Below, piece by piece: positions 27,872 to 40,406 of a stretch of DNA of 64,000 nt. The stretch spans positions 620,001 to 684,000 of the forward strand of contig VJWM01000126.1 in NCBI GenBank assembly GCA_010909165.1, written 5' to 3'. The DNA is from Anthoceros angustus. Its lineage: Eukaryota > Plantae > Anthocerotophyta. The position numbers were made by a program, and so were the translations under genes. Each line of letters opens with the position of its first letter. The stretch's first letter is position 1. The notes under the pieces are model-generated. The model worked only from the letters and a program-made list of their open reading frames with translations, was not told the origin of the DNA and made no database searches.

Positions 27872-29497
27872 GAACAGCCTGCTGGAGGAATGCTCGCAGG
27901 AAGCACAGGCGCAGAGAGACGAAGATTCGCGGGAAGCGGATGCCATTTCCAGCGACCCTTAACTGTCAAAATGAAGGATCGTTTCTCGTAACTTTTTATA
28001 AAGGAGAGAGGAGAGAGAGTGAACCCATCTCAGTTTTCTACACGTGCTCCTCTTTTCTACATGTGGAGCTTTAGTGCCGGGGTTAGTAAAGGCCCATTCA
28101 CACCTGTTTAGGTGTTGCCTGTGGTGTTGCTTGCGACTACAACGTGCCGTCCGGATTTCGTCGACATTTTGCGTTCTTCAGTTCAACAGCAGCGTCCTGA
28201 ATTTACATCACCTGTTCACAGATGTTAGTTGATGTGGGAATTTTTAACCATCTGGTCTACCTTAAAATTAGGCTGAACCCTAACTTCATAGACCTATATA
28301 CCTATATGTATTCCTATAAAGTTTTTCTATAGAGCTATGTTCATAAAGGGTTTGTGATTCAGTCCCGGAGGAGTTATGAGTGAGTTTTTTCTTCCTAATT
28401 TTTGTTTTTTCTTTCTTTCTATGAGTGAGCCTTGGTTAGTTCATGTACTAGCTATCTTCTGGCCCTAGCTTTAGCTAACTTTTGTAACCAGTATTTTCTA
28501 GCCCTTATATAAACGGGTCCCATGTTCACCAAAAAGAAAAAAACTCGGATTTTGGATCAAAATAAACTGCAAGATCATGATTGAGAAGCATAAAACAAAG
28601 CACAGTCAAGTAGCTACCTAGTCCAGTTTTGGATTGTCTAGAAGGAAGGCGAGGGCTTCCTTCTATTGGCAGTCTTGCCTCCAGTCTTGTAAGGGACGGG
28701 CCAGTCTTTCATATGATCTAGAAGGAACGCTTGCATTATCTTCGCGTATTAAATTTTTCGTTATGGAAAAATGGATTCAACGTAAGTATTGCCAGAGAGA
28801 TAAACACGTTGTAGACTACATCACATTGATGAGGAGCCAAAACGTTGTAGACTATATCACATTGATTAGGGTTGGCTCCCCTGGATTGCAAGGATTAGAA
28901 CCCATCATTCTCGGCTCGGCAGAATGAGAACCAGGCACGATCCCCATCATCCTTAATAAAACCCTGTTGAACCACTCAGGGAGACGGATTTTCGCCAACA
29001 CTTCAGCCCATCTCACATGGAAGCAGAGGCCGGAGTTTCAAGTCGCTTGCCCAAGCGATGGGGAAGATGACCCAAGTGAGGAATCCGAAGAAGGGATGGC
29101 TGCCATCAATGCTGCTCAACCGACAACTCTCAATGCTGACAAGTTCGGGCAGCGGGGAACACAATCCGCTAGGGGCTGATCGCTTCGACCCCAAACTTCT
29201 GCTTCGCTTGACAACCTTATCAAAAGGGCTCGCCCGTGTCGCAACTCCGAGCGTAGAGGAAAGATACATAGCAAAACTGTTCTCATTACCGAAGATAAAC
29301 GCGACGAACTCCGCCCCTTCAGGCAAGCTCTTCCCCGTCCCATGCTCAGGCATTAACTCAAGGGAGAGTACATTGAACCCCGACACAGAACCAGAGACAA
29401 GCAATCACCAGGCGTCCTGGCTTGTGCAAAATTTTGCTGCCATATTGGCTTGAAACAATAAAAGCACCAACATTTCCCTCGCAGGTTCACCAGATAT

Positions 29498-30537
29498 CTA
29501 GATACTCTTGTAGCTAATCGGGGCAAGAACCTCCCGAACTTCCCCAAGTTGGTCCTTGGCCCGCGTCTCAGCCTTAAGACGAAGTTGGATAAGCTGCTTC
29601 TTCCTGAGATAGAAAGACTTGGACTTGACCTTCCTTTTCTCTTCCAACTCCTGCATAGGTGTGGCAGCCACGTCACAGTCAGTACACTAGGTCGGCAATT
29701 CAGCCCCACTACATCCCTTCACAACTACTGCATGGTCAATTGGGAGTGGGCAAGGAACAACTAGAAGGGGGGCAAAAAAAGGCAAACCTTTATAGTCTCG
29801 TAATGGTGCCAGCCAACCTCAGTAGACAAACGGCCCAAAAGGCAAAATTTGTGCCCTGGTTGCAACCTCAGAACCCTACACATCACCAAGCCAACTCCTG
29901 TCAAACGACCGACTTTCACACCGTGCGAGCGGTCAGAACTTGTTATTCAGCTATATCTTACTTCAGGGCATCTGGAATGACCATCCTCTTCATCTTGTCG
30001 TAAGGAGCCGGAATACCCTCAAAAGCCTTCAAGCGCTCCAAGGCAGCAGCACCACGCTTCGTCTTGTGAGGAATCATACTATACCCATTGCGCAAACATC
30101 ACAACACGTCAGGAACCGTCCCGCTACAGCAGAATCCCTAAAACCCAAGCCATCTCCCTCCACCGGTTGAGACTAGTTACCCGCGAATAGTTCTCCACAA
30201 AATTCGAGAGGGTGCACGGAAATGGATGGGGCCCTTGCTGGGCTTGGTGTTCATGCGCTTTCTAAGAAACCGCAGGTACTTCATCTTCTGCCGCACCAGT
30301 CCCCCGGACAGGCAGATTTCCTCCGCGCGCACGACAACCTTCAACACAGAAAAACCGCATCTCACCCCGCTGCACTTAAACCCGCTGTGCAACATCCATC
30401 AAACAATCCGGCACGGCGCTCACCACATGCTGCCCGTTCAGCAGCTCTTTCGCCAGTATCGACGCCAAACGCCCCAGCATGTGGTGGCGGGCGTCCACCA
30501 CCACCACCTTCGCGCACAACCCCGATCCGGACACCAT
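29498..30537 (-). CDS. RPL13A: 60S ribosomal protein L13a (uL13)
   Basis: [26 protein letters not shown]; [25 protein letters not shown]; [27 protein letters not shown]. Confidence 0.97.
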
Positions 30538-30653
30538 TGCAGCTGCCGCCGGCAAGCACACGTTCACGAGCACGCCGGCCCTGAAAAGTAGACGAGAGAC
30601 AGAAAGGAGAACAGCATCGGGGTGTCACCAAATAAACCTCACGCCCAAAAAAG

Positions 30654-30668
30654 AACCCTAACCCTAAT
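30654..30668. promoter_or_regulatory. Telo-box-like motif in the divergent RPL13A/VHA-e promoter
   Basis: aaccctaaccctaat upstream of a ribosomal-protein gene; telo-boxes are common in plant translation-gene promoters. Confidence 0.5.
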
Positions 30669-30871
30669 TACCTACTGTAGGGTCCTGAATGGTCTTTCTC
30701 CAAAATTGTTCCATGGTTATTGAACTAGAAAGAGACCTAACGTATTCCTGCATCCCCTCTCTCTACACGCGCTCCCTTCCAATTCCGCGTTATGTGCCTT
30801 TGCCAGTTCCCTTCTCGCCTTCAGCTGATTGTTTCTGCGATCAGCTCAGATCTGCGCCATCGCGGCCCGCC

Positions 30872-31338
30872 ATGGCGTTCGTGGTGACGACGCTGTCGTT
30901 CCTGTTGGTCGGTTTGTTCGGCTGCCTCGGAGCCCATGTCGCCGCCGGCAACAAAAGCTCTACAGCCCTGTACACTCCCTCAACCCTCGCCGTTCCTGAT
31001 CTTTGCTTGTTTTGAGGGGTTGGGACTGGGATAAGGGCAGGATCTGGGGAGGTATACTGACGGATGGTAATATTTTACCTTGCAGATTCTACGTAACTCT
31101 GGTGCAGCTCACTGTGATTTCCTGCTGGATGCTGTAAGCTCGAATTCGAAACTCTTTTGCTGCATCAGGATTAGGATGCGCAGTCATGACTTGTTTGCCC
31201 TTGCTCTGGAGCAGAAGGTGCTTCCGCACTGAGATTGGTGTCTGATCTTGCGGTTTGGCTTGGTGCAGTTGGGCTATCGTATACATTGCACAGATGCATC
31301 CCCTGATTAGTCCTATTCCGAAAGGGGAGGGTGAATAA
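30872..31338 (+). CDS. VHA-e: V-type H+-ATPase subunit e (3 exons)
   Basis: MAFVVTTLSFLLVGLFG...STAL|FYVTLVQLTVISCWML|WAIVYIAQMHPLISPI. Confidence 0.92.
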
Positions 31339-31858
31339 GTTTGGCCGAAATTCCACGCTTGATCCAGTATTTGGGATGTTGAATTCTTCGGTAAGGTTTG
31401 TGACATTCGCATTCCTCGTGAGATCTGGATGACGTTGGCTGATCTGCCCGAGACCTCGCAGGGCGAAGGGGTCGTGCCGGTGCTGTTTGCACTTCGGCAG
31501 TGTCAAGGGATAACAGGGATTAGACTTTGTTATGGAGGCTCAAAGAGCAGTACTGTGCAGTCAGCAATGCTGGAGCCTTTTGGAATTCTGTAATATATGA
31601 AGAATTTGAGCATTCGGCGCTCGAGCATCGCCTGCTCTTACCACGTGTGCACTTTGGTAACATGATGGTTTCAATGCCTCAATTGGATTGCCGTGGAGAA
31701 ATTACATCGACAATGCCCAGTGCTCTTCGACATGAACTGAGCATAGAATGCCGACGGCAACGTCCGCGGCAGACGAAGAGGGTAGTACTGGGATCAGAAC
31801 TTGTATTGTGCTTTAATAGGCTCGGTGTCAGAAGTTCATTACCACAGCCTGAGTCACA

Positions 31859-34800
31859 TCACCCAAGTCCAACGAAGCCAAAAAGACCACCTCCACCCAG
31901 CTCCGCTTGACGAAGCTCCCTTTTCCTCTGCTCCTCGAGCGGATCGGGGCTCCTCATCAGCCTTCGCACTCGTCTGTGGTCACAAAATGCAAACCATGAG
32001 CACCAGCGGGCCACCCCAGGACATCACTCGATCTGCAAAAAAGGAATCGGGCAACGTAGAGATACCTGTCATGCTCACACAGCGCGGGAAAGGTGGGCAT
32101 AAACTCTTTAGCCTTGGGCATGGGGACCTGCTGGAACCAATCGTGCTTCAAAGCTTCCTCGGCTGTTATGCGCTGAAAAGAGCCACACATGAAAAGACCT
32201 GGTCAAAAGCCTGCAAGCATGGAACAGGATCATCGCCAGCAAGCACAGAGTAGGATCACAGACCAACAGAGAATATGTGCTACCTTTTGAGGATCGTAAG
32301 TCAAAAGCTTGTTCAAAAGATCAAAACCACTTTCAGACAAAGCTGGCCTTCCAGCAAACGCTGTTGCAGGAAATTTTTCCCTCAACCTGTTGTACCTGGA
32401 GACAATGACAGAAGGAGAGCACAAATCAGGTCAATTGTCCAGCTACATCACAGCCTAGCAGTCTGTTGCCACCGTTGGTTACTTACGGTTGCTTAACAAA
32501 GTTGCATTTAATGCCTGGCAACTTTGGATAGTCTGGCCAAATAGTTTCTGTTGGTGTGCCAAGGACTTTGAAAATCTGATGCAAGCAAATGACATAAGGG
32601 GTTAAGAAGACCAGTCGACCCAACCTACAACAACAGTGTGAGTAAAAAGACACTCAAACAAACAAAGCGCACCACTTGTGGGCCTACCAATGATCATAAA
32701 TACAGTAAATGGAAACTAGATCCTACACCCAATATCAGTAGAGCATGTCCATAAAACCTGGGTTCAAACATCGAGGTCACCAAAAAATCATTGGTCAAAC
32801 ATACCACGATCCAATCAGCACAACATGCTGTACACTCAAGCACACAATGTAAATACACAAAGCACAGGGCAAGGAGCCACACCTTATCCAGTTGCTCTAT
32901 CTCAGTCGTGCCACTGAAAAGCGGTGCCTTCGCGAGAAACTCAGCCATGATGCATCCTAACGACCACATGTCTATTGCCGTTGAGTACAGCTTAGTTCCC
33001 AGCAGCAATTCAGGCGCCCTGAAAACAGACACCAGACTAAACATGTGATAATCTGACTTGGGCTTCCCACAGTTGGTGGGATCAAGCTACATACTAGACC
33101 ATCACACAGTCAGAAAACTGCTCCAAACAAAAATCCACTAACCCATATTGACCATCAACAGGGCATGAACTGCCATACCTGTACCAAAGGGTGACCACCT
33201 TGTGCGTGTAGGCCTTCAAGGGGCTGCCATACTGCCGAGCCAAACCAAAATCACAAATCTTCAGTTCACCACGGTTGTTCAGAAGGAGGTTCGACGTTTT
33301 CAAATCCCTGACACAGAGACAAGCTCAAGATCAGCAAACGCAAACACAAACACAAACCCAAAGCACCACTTTGCGCCAAAGATACTTACAATGAGCTGCA
33401 ACATAGAACTATACCTGTGGAGGACCCAATTGTCATGAAGGTACTTAACACCTTCAAACAGTTGAAGCATCAGGCATTTGACTTCACTTTGGCTGAAAGG
33501 CTGCTTCATACTTTCCATAAGACCCTTCAAATCATGTTCCATATACTCCATGACCATGAAGATAGAATCTAGATTGCTCCCTACGACAACTTCTTTCACA
33601 TCCACCACTGAGGGATGGTGGAAAGACAGCAGCACATTGATCTCCCGCAGAGAAGTCATGGGAAAACCTTCTTGCTCCTGTTGCATCTTCACCTTCTTCA
33701 AAGCAACAATCTCACCAGTCCTCTTGTCCCTTGCACGATATACCACCCCATAGGTGCCCTCATCAATCCTGTTTAATCTGGTTTCACAATCAGAGTGGAA
33801 GTCAGGGCATGCCATGGTACATATAGCATAGAGCGGCTGTCAGAACCTAATGTCAAAGAAAACTGAAGACCACGCTCATGACTAACGTAACATCGTACCT
33901 TTCAAATTCATCAACACTGCGACAACCTTGCAACATATCAATGGTACGTTGCATTAAGCCATTTATTGGCTGCACAGGTTCATCCTCTGACTCTGATTCC
34001 AGTTCAGGCCGTTGTTCTTCCACATCTTCAGTGTCCCCTTCTTCATCAAGCTCCATAAGCTCTCGCTTATTTAGCTCTCGTTCATCCTCTTCCTCATGTT
34101 CTCCACCACCCCCGCTGCCGAGGACCTCACTGCCATCACTTTCACTTCCTTTCCCCTTCACTCCACGACCATCATCACCCTTATCTCGAATGTACTCACC
34201 TGGCTCAGGGGATGCACTCAGGCCAAGATTTGCCTGACGCCTTTCCGGAGACAGGTGCTCATCGTCACTATTATCGGACAAATGTCGACCCAACACGTTT
34301 TGCCCACGGTTTTGCATCATCCTTGACTTCGATCCCAGGAGTGGCGACTTCACATGCTCAGGACTATGAGTCTCCTCTGCCCATCTCGATGCTGCTATTG
34401 TTATGGGAGGTGCAACCTCATCGTCCTCCACTTGCAAGTGCAGCAGCTGGCCAGGCTCAGGCTCATCATCCGACGACATCGGTGACTCAGCCACATTCTC
34501 ACGGTCAGCCATCACAGTATCTCCAACTTCCTGCTCGTCATTGCTGGTTGATACCTCAACCCTACTCTGCTGATGAGCTGGCGGTGAGACCGGGGACACA
34601 GACCTTTCCCTATCCCTTCCTGAAGACACCTTTGAGACAGGGGTGGCCGAAGACACCACAGGCGGTGTTTTGCGGCCAACACTTGGGGCGACAGGAGACC
34701 TACGCTGTACAGACGAGGAAGGGGAAGGCCGCTTTGACAGGGAAGGAGAAGGCCGTTTAGACAAGGGGGGAGTAGACCTGCCAGACGAGGGCGGAGTACC

Positions 34801-35859
34801 ACGACCAGACACAGGAGTGGACCCCCGACCAGCTAAAGGGGAAGTTCGCCTGCCAGCTTGAGAAGCCAGAGAGACGGACTGCGGAGGCACAAGACTGGCA
34901 CCAGCAACAGAACCTGGAGTAGTTGAAACTTGTGACGGTGAAGGAGCCATGCTCTTCGCAGGTAAGCGTTGTGAGGATGCCCGCTGCGAAGAGGCCTCCT
35001 GAGAAGCACCAAACCTCAATACGCTTGTAGATGATGCACCTGAGGGTTTCGAACGAGCACCAGACTTTTCATCAAGATCCCACACAATGGGAGAGAACTT
35101 ACGCTTCTTTGCTGGCGCCGGATCTCCTCCTCCAGATCCTCCTTCCCCTCCACCTTCCTTTCCCTGCATCTGCCGGCCCGGATCGGCCGCTACCGAGCTC
35201 CCTTCTTCTCCTCGACTGGCCTGGTCCCGAGACTCCACAGAATCCATCTGATTCTTGTCTCCGTCCTCGTTTCTGCTTCCACTAGAGAGCTCCCCGGGCT
35301 CCCTTTCCGTGTCCTTGCTCCCCGGCTTGCCGGCCGAGGCAGGAGCCCCCGCACCCGGGTGCTCCCTCTCAGAAGGCGTGTCACTCCCTGACGAGGCTCC
35401 GACAGCAGCCATAGCCTGAGCCGCCGTGCCAAGCACCAAACCCCGCTCCTTCACCGGACTCTGCCTTCTATCCGCTTCCACCTCCGGAAGCCATCTCATT
35501 GCCCTAGCCCCTTGTTCCCTGTCCCTGTCCCTCCCCCTATCCCTCCCTCGTTCCCTCTCCCTGTCTCGAGCTCCCTTGTCCGGATCCCGATCCTTGGAAC
35601 GGTCCCGCTCTTTCGAGTGCTCCTTTTCTTTCTCCTTCCTGCCCGAGTAGCCATCTCCGCTGCCGCGAACATGCGACAATGCCCTGTCCCGTTCCGAGCC
35701 CAAGGCATTCCGGTCCCGGGTGCTCTCCCGATCCCTCTCCCTGTCTCTCTCCCGCTCCCGTTCCCTCTCACGCTCACGCTCTCGGTCCCGATCACGATCC
35801 CGCAGCCCCCGACTGCGTGTGCTCGGCAAAGAGGAATTGTGGTGCCGTCCCGCTGCCAT
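31859..35859 (-). CDS. CDKG: Cyclin-dependent kinase G (CDK11-like) with a long RD/RS- and Ser/Pro-rich N-terminus
   Basis: [10 protein letters not shown]|[30 protein letters not shown]|[19 protein letters not shown], end [13 protein letters not shown]. Confidence 0.95.
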
Positions 35860-36210
35860 GGCATTCAACCTAGTCACATCTCCGACACACCATGCAATTT
35901 CATCTACCCGACCTTCCTTACACGGAAGAGAGGAACATCAACACCGCCAGGGCTGCTCCTCGCACACCGCCTCAACGCAAATTACGTGAAATGAAATATT
36001 AGGGGGCTTCAAAGTTGGGTTCGGCAATAAAACGGAATTGCCGTTTAGGGTGCGAAATAGGTTCGGTGTCTCCATTCGGGACGCGCTAGACGGGACCGGT
36101 TTCGTGTGCCTCGTTTTGGTGCGAACCGGGAATGCCGATTTGTTAAATGCCGGTCTCAAAAGTCCTTGACGCCCGCCAGCCCGACTTGTTCCTCGTTTCC
36201 TATCCGTTTT

Positions 36211-36372
36211 AAAAAAAACACGACCTCGTTCAAACGTTTAAGTTCCATTTCCCCTGCTATCCAGTTTAAAAAAACACGACCTTGTTCAAACGTTTAAGTT
36301 CCATTTCCCTTTCTATCCGGTTATATAAACATACACTACCTCGTTCAAACGTTTAAGTTCCATTTCCCTTTT
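36211..36372. repeat. About 57-62-bp tandem repeat x3
   Basis: Core cctcgttcaaacgtttaagttccatttccc occurs three times. Confidence 0.85.
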
Positions 36373-36769
36373 TCTAGGTCCGGCTTTCAACTTTGAGACC
36401 CACTGTTTGAAGACCTCCATTACGTATTAGAGGATAACGGAGTATTCGGTGAACTAGGAAATTCCCGTGTAGGTGGGAGCTGTGGAGCGAAAGAAGTTGC
36501 AACTGTGGGCTAAGGGTTGTAAAGTGGAGGAGACTCGGCTCTTCAAGGCAGCTAATAGAGTGCTGAGACTTTATGTATGGGGCAAGGAAATCCCGAAAAT
36601 CTTGTTTGAATGTCAGGATTGTCATGCCATGTGATAGTAATCTCTGCACTTGGGTTTAGTGTTTGATAAATCTAATTACTTATCTTTAAGTAAGTAATTA
36701 GTGTTAAATAATCTAAGGTGCTTATGTTAATTAAACATGGTTAGCAATAGAAAAAGAAGAAGAATTTTA

Positions 36770-39700
36770 TTTAAGTCCACTAATATTTAAGTCCACTAAG
36801 GACGGATTTCCGTCATGGAATTGATCTGACAGACATAGAGAGAGACTTTCATGAAAATTACCTGCTATTCTAGGTCTGGCCTGGAGACTAGTGCTGTGAA
36901 GCATAATCAAATATCCGGCAAGTTGAGAAGTTGAATTTGGTTGGTCCTCATTTCCCACATTTGTTTCAAGCAAACTCCTGCAATAATAGGGTCAGGAAAA
37001 TTGACAAAACCCATGAGTGAAGATCGAGTTGTTGTAAATAGATTCATAAATGTATGCCTGATATCTTTATATATGGGACAGAGGAAAACAAAGTGTTCCT
37101 CAGTCTCAACATCCTTGTTGCATAACTTGCATATTCGGGTCTCCTTAGGTGGCTTTGGACGCAGCCATCTATCAGTCTCAACTCTAAGATGGTGGAACCC
37201 CACCCAAAGATGACCCACAATCATCCTAAGCTTGAAGGACACATGGGTGCGAAGATAGAGAGGAAGCATTAGTTTCCCAGAGTTGCAGAGGATACGAAAA
37301 AGTTGTTTGTAAGTTTGGAGCTTAGTGGGTAAGAAAGAGATAGAGGACCAGGTATAAGACAAATAGGTAGTTTGCAATTCAAAACAGATGGACTTATTCG
37401 GAGGAGGGGGAAGAAACTAAAAGAGGGGGTGGGCAAGCTCGGGACAGAATCCAAACTTCTCGAGCCAGGAAGAAGACTGGGCATACCAACAAGTCTTCTT
37501 TCCTAAGGAGGCTAACTTTCGAGATTACTAGAATGCAAGAAGGAGGTATGAGGGAGTGGAGGTGGGGTGATTAAACTGAGCTTCTTCTAAAGAGTAAAGG
37601 CGGTATAGGAAGTTGGTTAGGCTAAATAGACCCTCAAGTTCAAGCGGGAAAGTGGCAAACTCTGCAAGAAAGATGGCAAGGGGGACAAACTTCTTACATG
37701 CAATGTGGGGCCGAAGAAAAGATGTCTGAACCTCCTCCACCCTGCACCAGTTGTCGAGGGAGAGATAGTGTCCCCAGCACTCGGCCGCATACACAGTCGA
37801 GGGAATAACAACTGTGTTGAAGAGCCATTGCTAAGTGGGGATGTCCTTGATGTGCATCCCAGAGCACTGTCTCCGAACTCCACATGCAGATGCCACACCC
37901 TTGACAATGCGAGCAGAGGTAGAGAGCTTCCACTGGAGTGTCGGGCCATAGAGAGTGCCACCTACGTAGACATAAGATTGGACAACCTCCACAGGCTCAC
38001 CCTTGTAGAAGAACTTCAGATTGTGCTGAACTGGATCCCGCCGGTTGAAAAACATGACCTTGGTCTTCTTCAAGTTCACTTCTAAATCTCTTGCCGCGTA
38101 GAAGCGGGACAATGTGTCTAGTTGCTGTTGGAAGCCCTCAGGAGAATGGGACAAAAGGGCAATGTCATCTGCAGACAAGAGAATAGCTATACGCACGAAG
38201 AAGAGGAGGCAACCAGGATTCCCAGACTCCACAATCCAAGACTCCAGCTCATCAATGTACAGGCCAAATAAATTAGGAGAAGACGGATCTCCCTGCCGCA
38301 CCCCCATATTGCGAAGCAAATCCAGAAGGTCAAAAGCACCATAGGGTGTGCGGATCCTAGCCTTCACCTTTTCATAGAGGATCCTAGTGGCATGCAAAAG
38401 ATGAGCAGGCATCCCCAACCTATGGAGGCGGGCAAAGAGCTTCTCCTTGGAGATAGAGTCGAAAGCCCGCTTGAAGTCAACAAAACAAATATACACATGT
38501 CTGTCATCCTTCCGTCTGCTTTTTGCCTCCTGAATAATAGCAATGAGGGTGAAGAGATTGTCTTGGGTGTTCCGTTTCGGACGAAACCCAGCATGGCCCC
38601 TTGCTCTAATGTCAGCATTCTCAGCCCAAGAAATACTGAGAATTTCCAAGCAAGAATTAAAGTCTTCATTTCTTGGCACATCTTCTATGACAAGCCTGAT
38701 GCCATAGTCGAATGTCATAAGTCCTCTAGAATCCGCTTTTCTCTCAACCATCGTCTTGCTTCCCAATACTCCTCTCTTTTGAAAAAGTCCTTGGCTGGCA
38801 TTCCTCCTAGCCTTCCCTTCTCCCAACAAGCCACTTCTCTCACCTCTACCATGCTGTCTTCCGTACATGAAATCTTTCCCCACCGCGTGAGGCTCCTACG
38901 AAGTTGCCCTTGCCTCGGTCTTGAGATAGAGTCGAAAGCCCGCTTGAAGTCAACAAAACAAATATACACATACATCATCCTTCCGTCGCTTTTGCCTCCT
39001 GAATAATAGCAATGAGGGTGAAGAGATTGTCTTGGGTGTTCCGTTTCGGACGAAACCCAGCATGGCCCCTTGCTCTAATGTCAGCATTCTCAGCCCAAGA
39101 AATACTGAGAATTTCCAAGCAAGAATTAAAGTCTTCATTTCTTGGCACATCTTCTATGACAAGCGATGCCACATAGTCGAATGTCATAAGTCCTCTAGAA
39201 TCCGCTTTTCTCTCAACCATCGTCTTGCTTCCCAATACTCCTCTCTTTTGAAAAAGTCCTTGGCTGGCATTCCTCCTAGCCTTCCCTTCTCCCAACAAGC
39301 CACTTCTCTCACCTCTACCATGCTGTCTTCCGTACATGAAATCTTTCCCCACCGCGTGAGGCTCCTACGAAGTTGCCCTTGCCTCGGTGCGCAGATACCA
39401 AAGCGGAGGATCCATTTCATAAGTTTATCAACTATGTTCAACTTCTCTTCTTCTGGGAATCTATTCCCCCCCTCCCCATTAGGTCATAGGATCCCGAGAT
39501 CAAACTGTTCACTCCTGACCTCATCTTAACAGCGATCAACAACCTCGGATCTGGGAGAGCCTTCGACCCTGCAGATATCCCCGCCGAACTTTTCTCCTAT
39601 GGAGCTCCTTCTATTATTGCCCTTCCTTAACTGCATTATTCATCGAGGCCTTAGTCCATGGATTTTCTGACGCATGGTGTTGGAATGACATCCATTCCAT

Positions 39701-40199
39701 CTTTAAGACAGGTGATCCACAGCTCCCATCCAACTATAGGTATATCATGGTCGAGTCCATCTTTTGCCAAGATCCTTGAAGTCAGAGACCTGCAGAAGGT
39801 GAACGGAAGAAAAAAATGAAGCTTCATTGAGCAAGTCCATTGAAGATGAATAAGCCATGTGACTCCACGAGGTTGAGAAGAGCCCTGCCAGAAACGTTAA
39901 CCTGGTGCGGGTCATCAGGCCTTCTGTGCAGGCCAAGGTCAGCGAGATCAAACGGAAATAATTTGTGGTGGTCATCTAGTCCATAGATAGGAGATTGCTG
40001 AGAGGAAGTCCAAGCGTTGAAGTCTCCAACCAGCAAGATATCTCCCAGTGGCACAAAATACATGAGATCTTCTAAGAGGTCATCAAATGTCGTAGAAGGT
40101 TGACCTTTCGCATGGGGAGAGCCCTGGGGTGGAAAATAACAACATGCTATAAATAAAGGACGGTTAGATGGAAGAATCATTGCCGACACCTTGATCCAC
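36770..40199 (-). mobile_element. Degenerate LINE, 3' part (end of endonuclease, RT, C-terminal zinc motif); rearranged
   Basis: ILLVGDFNAWT; HAGFR, CFVDFKRAFDS, GVRQGDPSSP, LSADD; RICKLC..ETEEHFVFLC. Many stops and frameshifts; 3' boundary approximate. Confidence 0.9.
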
Positions 40200-40406
40200 T
40201 GTTACGGGTTAAGCTGCCATTAGCTTAACTTATCATATTTAGATATACCTTTTTGTTTTTAGGGTTTGGCTATTTAATGAACACATATGAGACCTTTTTT
40301 GATATGTTCAATTAATTCATTCTGGATACACATGTTTGTGTGTGCTCTGCCTAAGCCTCTTAGCTATAGTCAAATCTAGCAAATGATTATCTAATGATAC
40401 TTCACA
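40200..40406 (+). repeat. 5' LTR
   Basis: tgttacggg...ttcaca, followed by a Met-initiator-type PBS. Confidence 0.95.

Noticed and set aside
28230-28545. AT-rich stretch ending in an A-rich tail, like a truncated LINE 3' end
   Set aside because: No TSD and no coding motif found.
28967-29453. Overlapping 131-aa and 133-aa ORFs downstream of RPL13A
   Set aside because: No recognisable motif on either strand and no clear splice structure.
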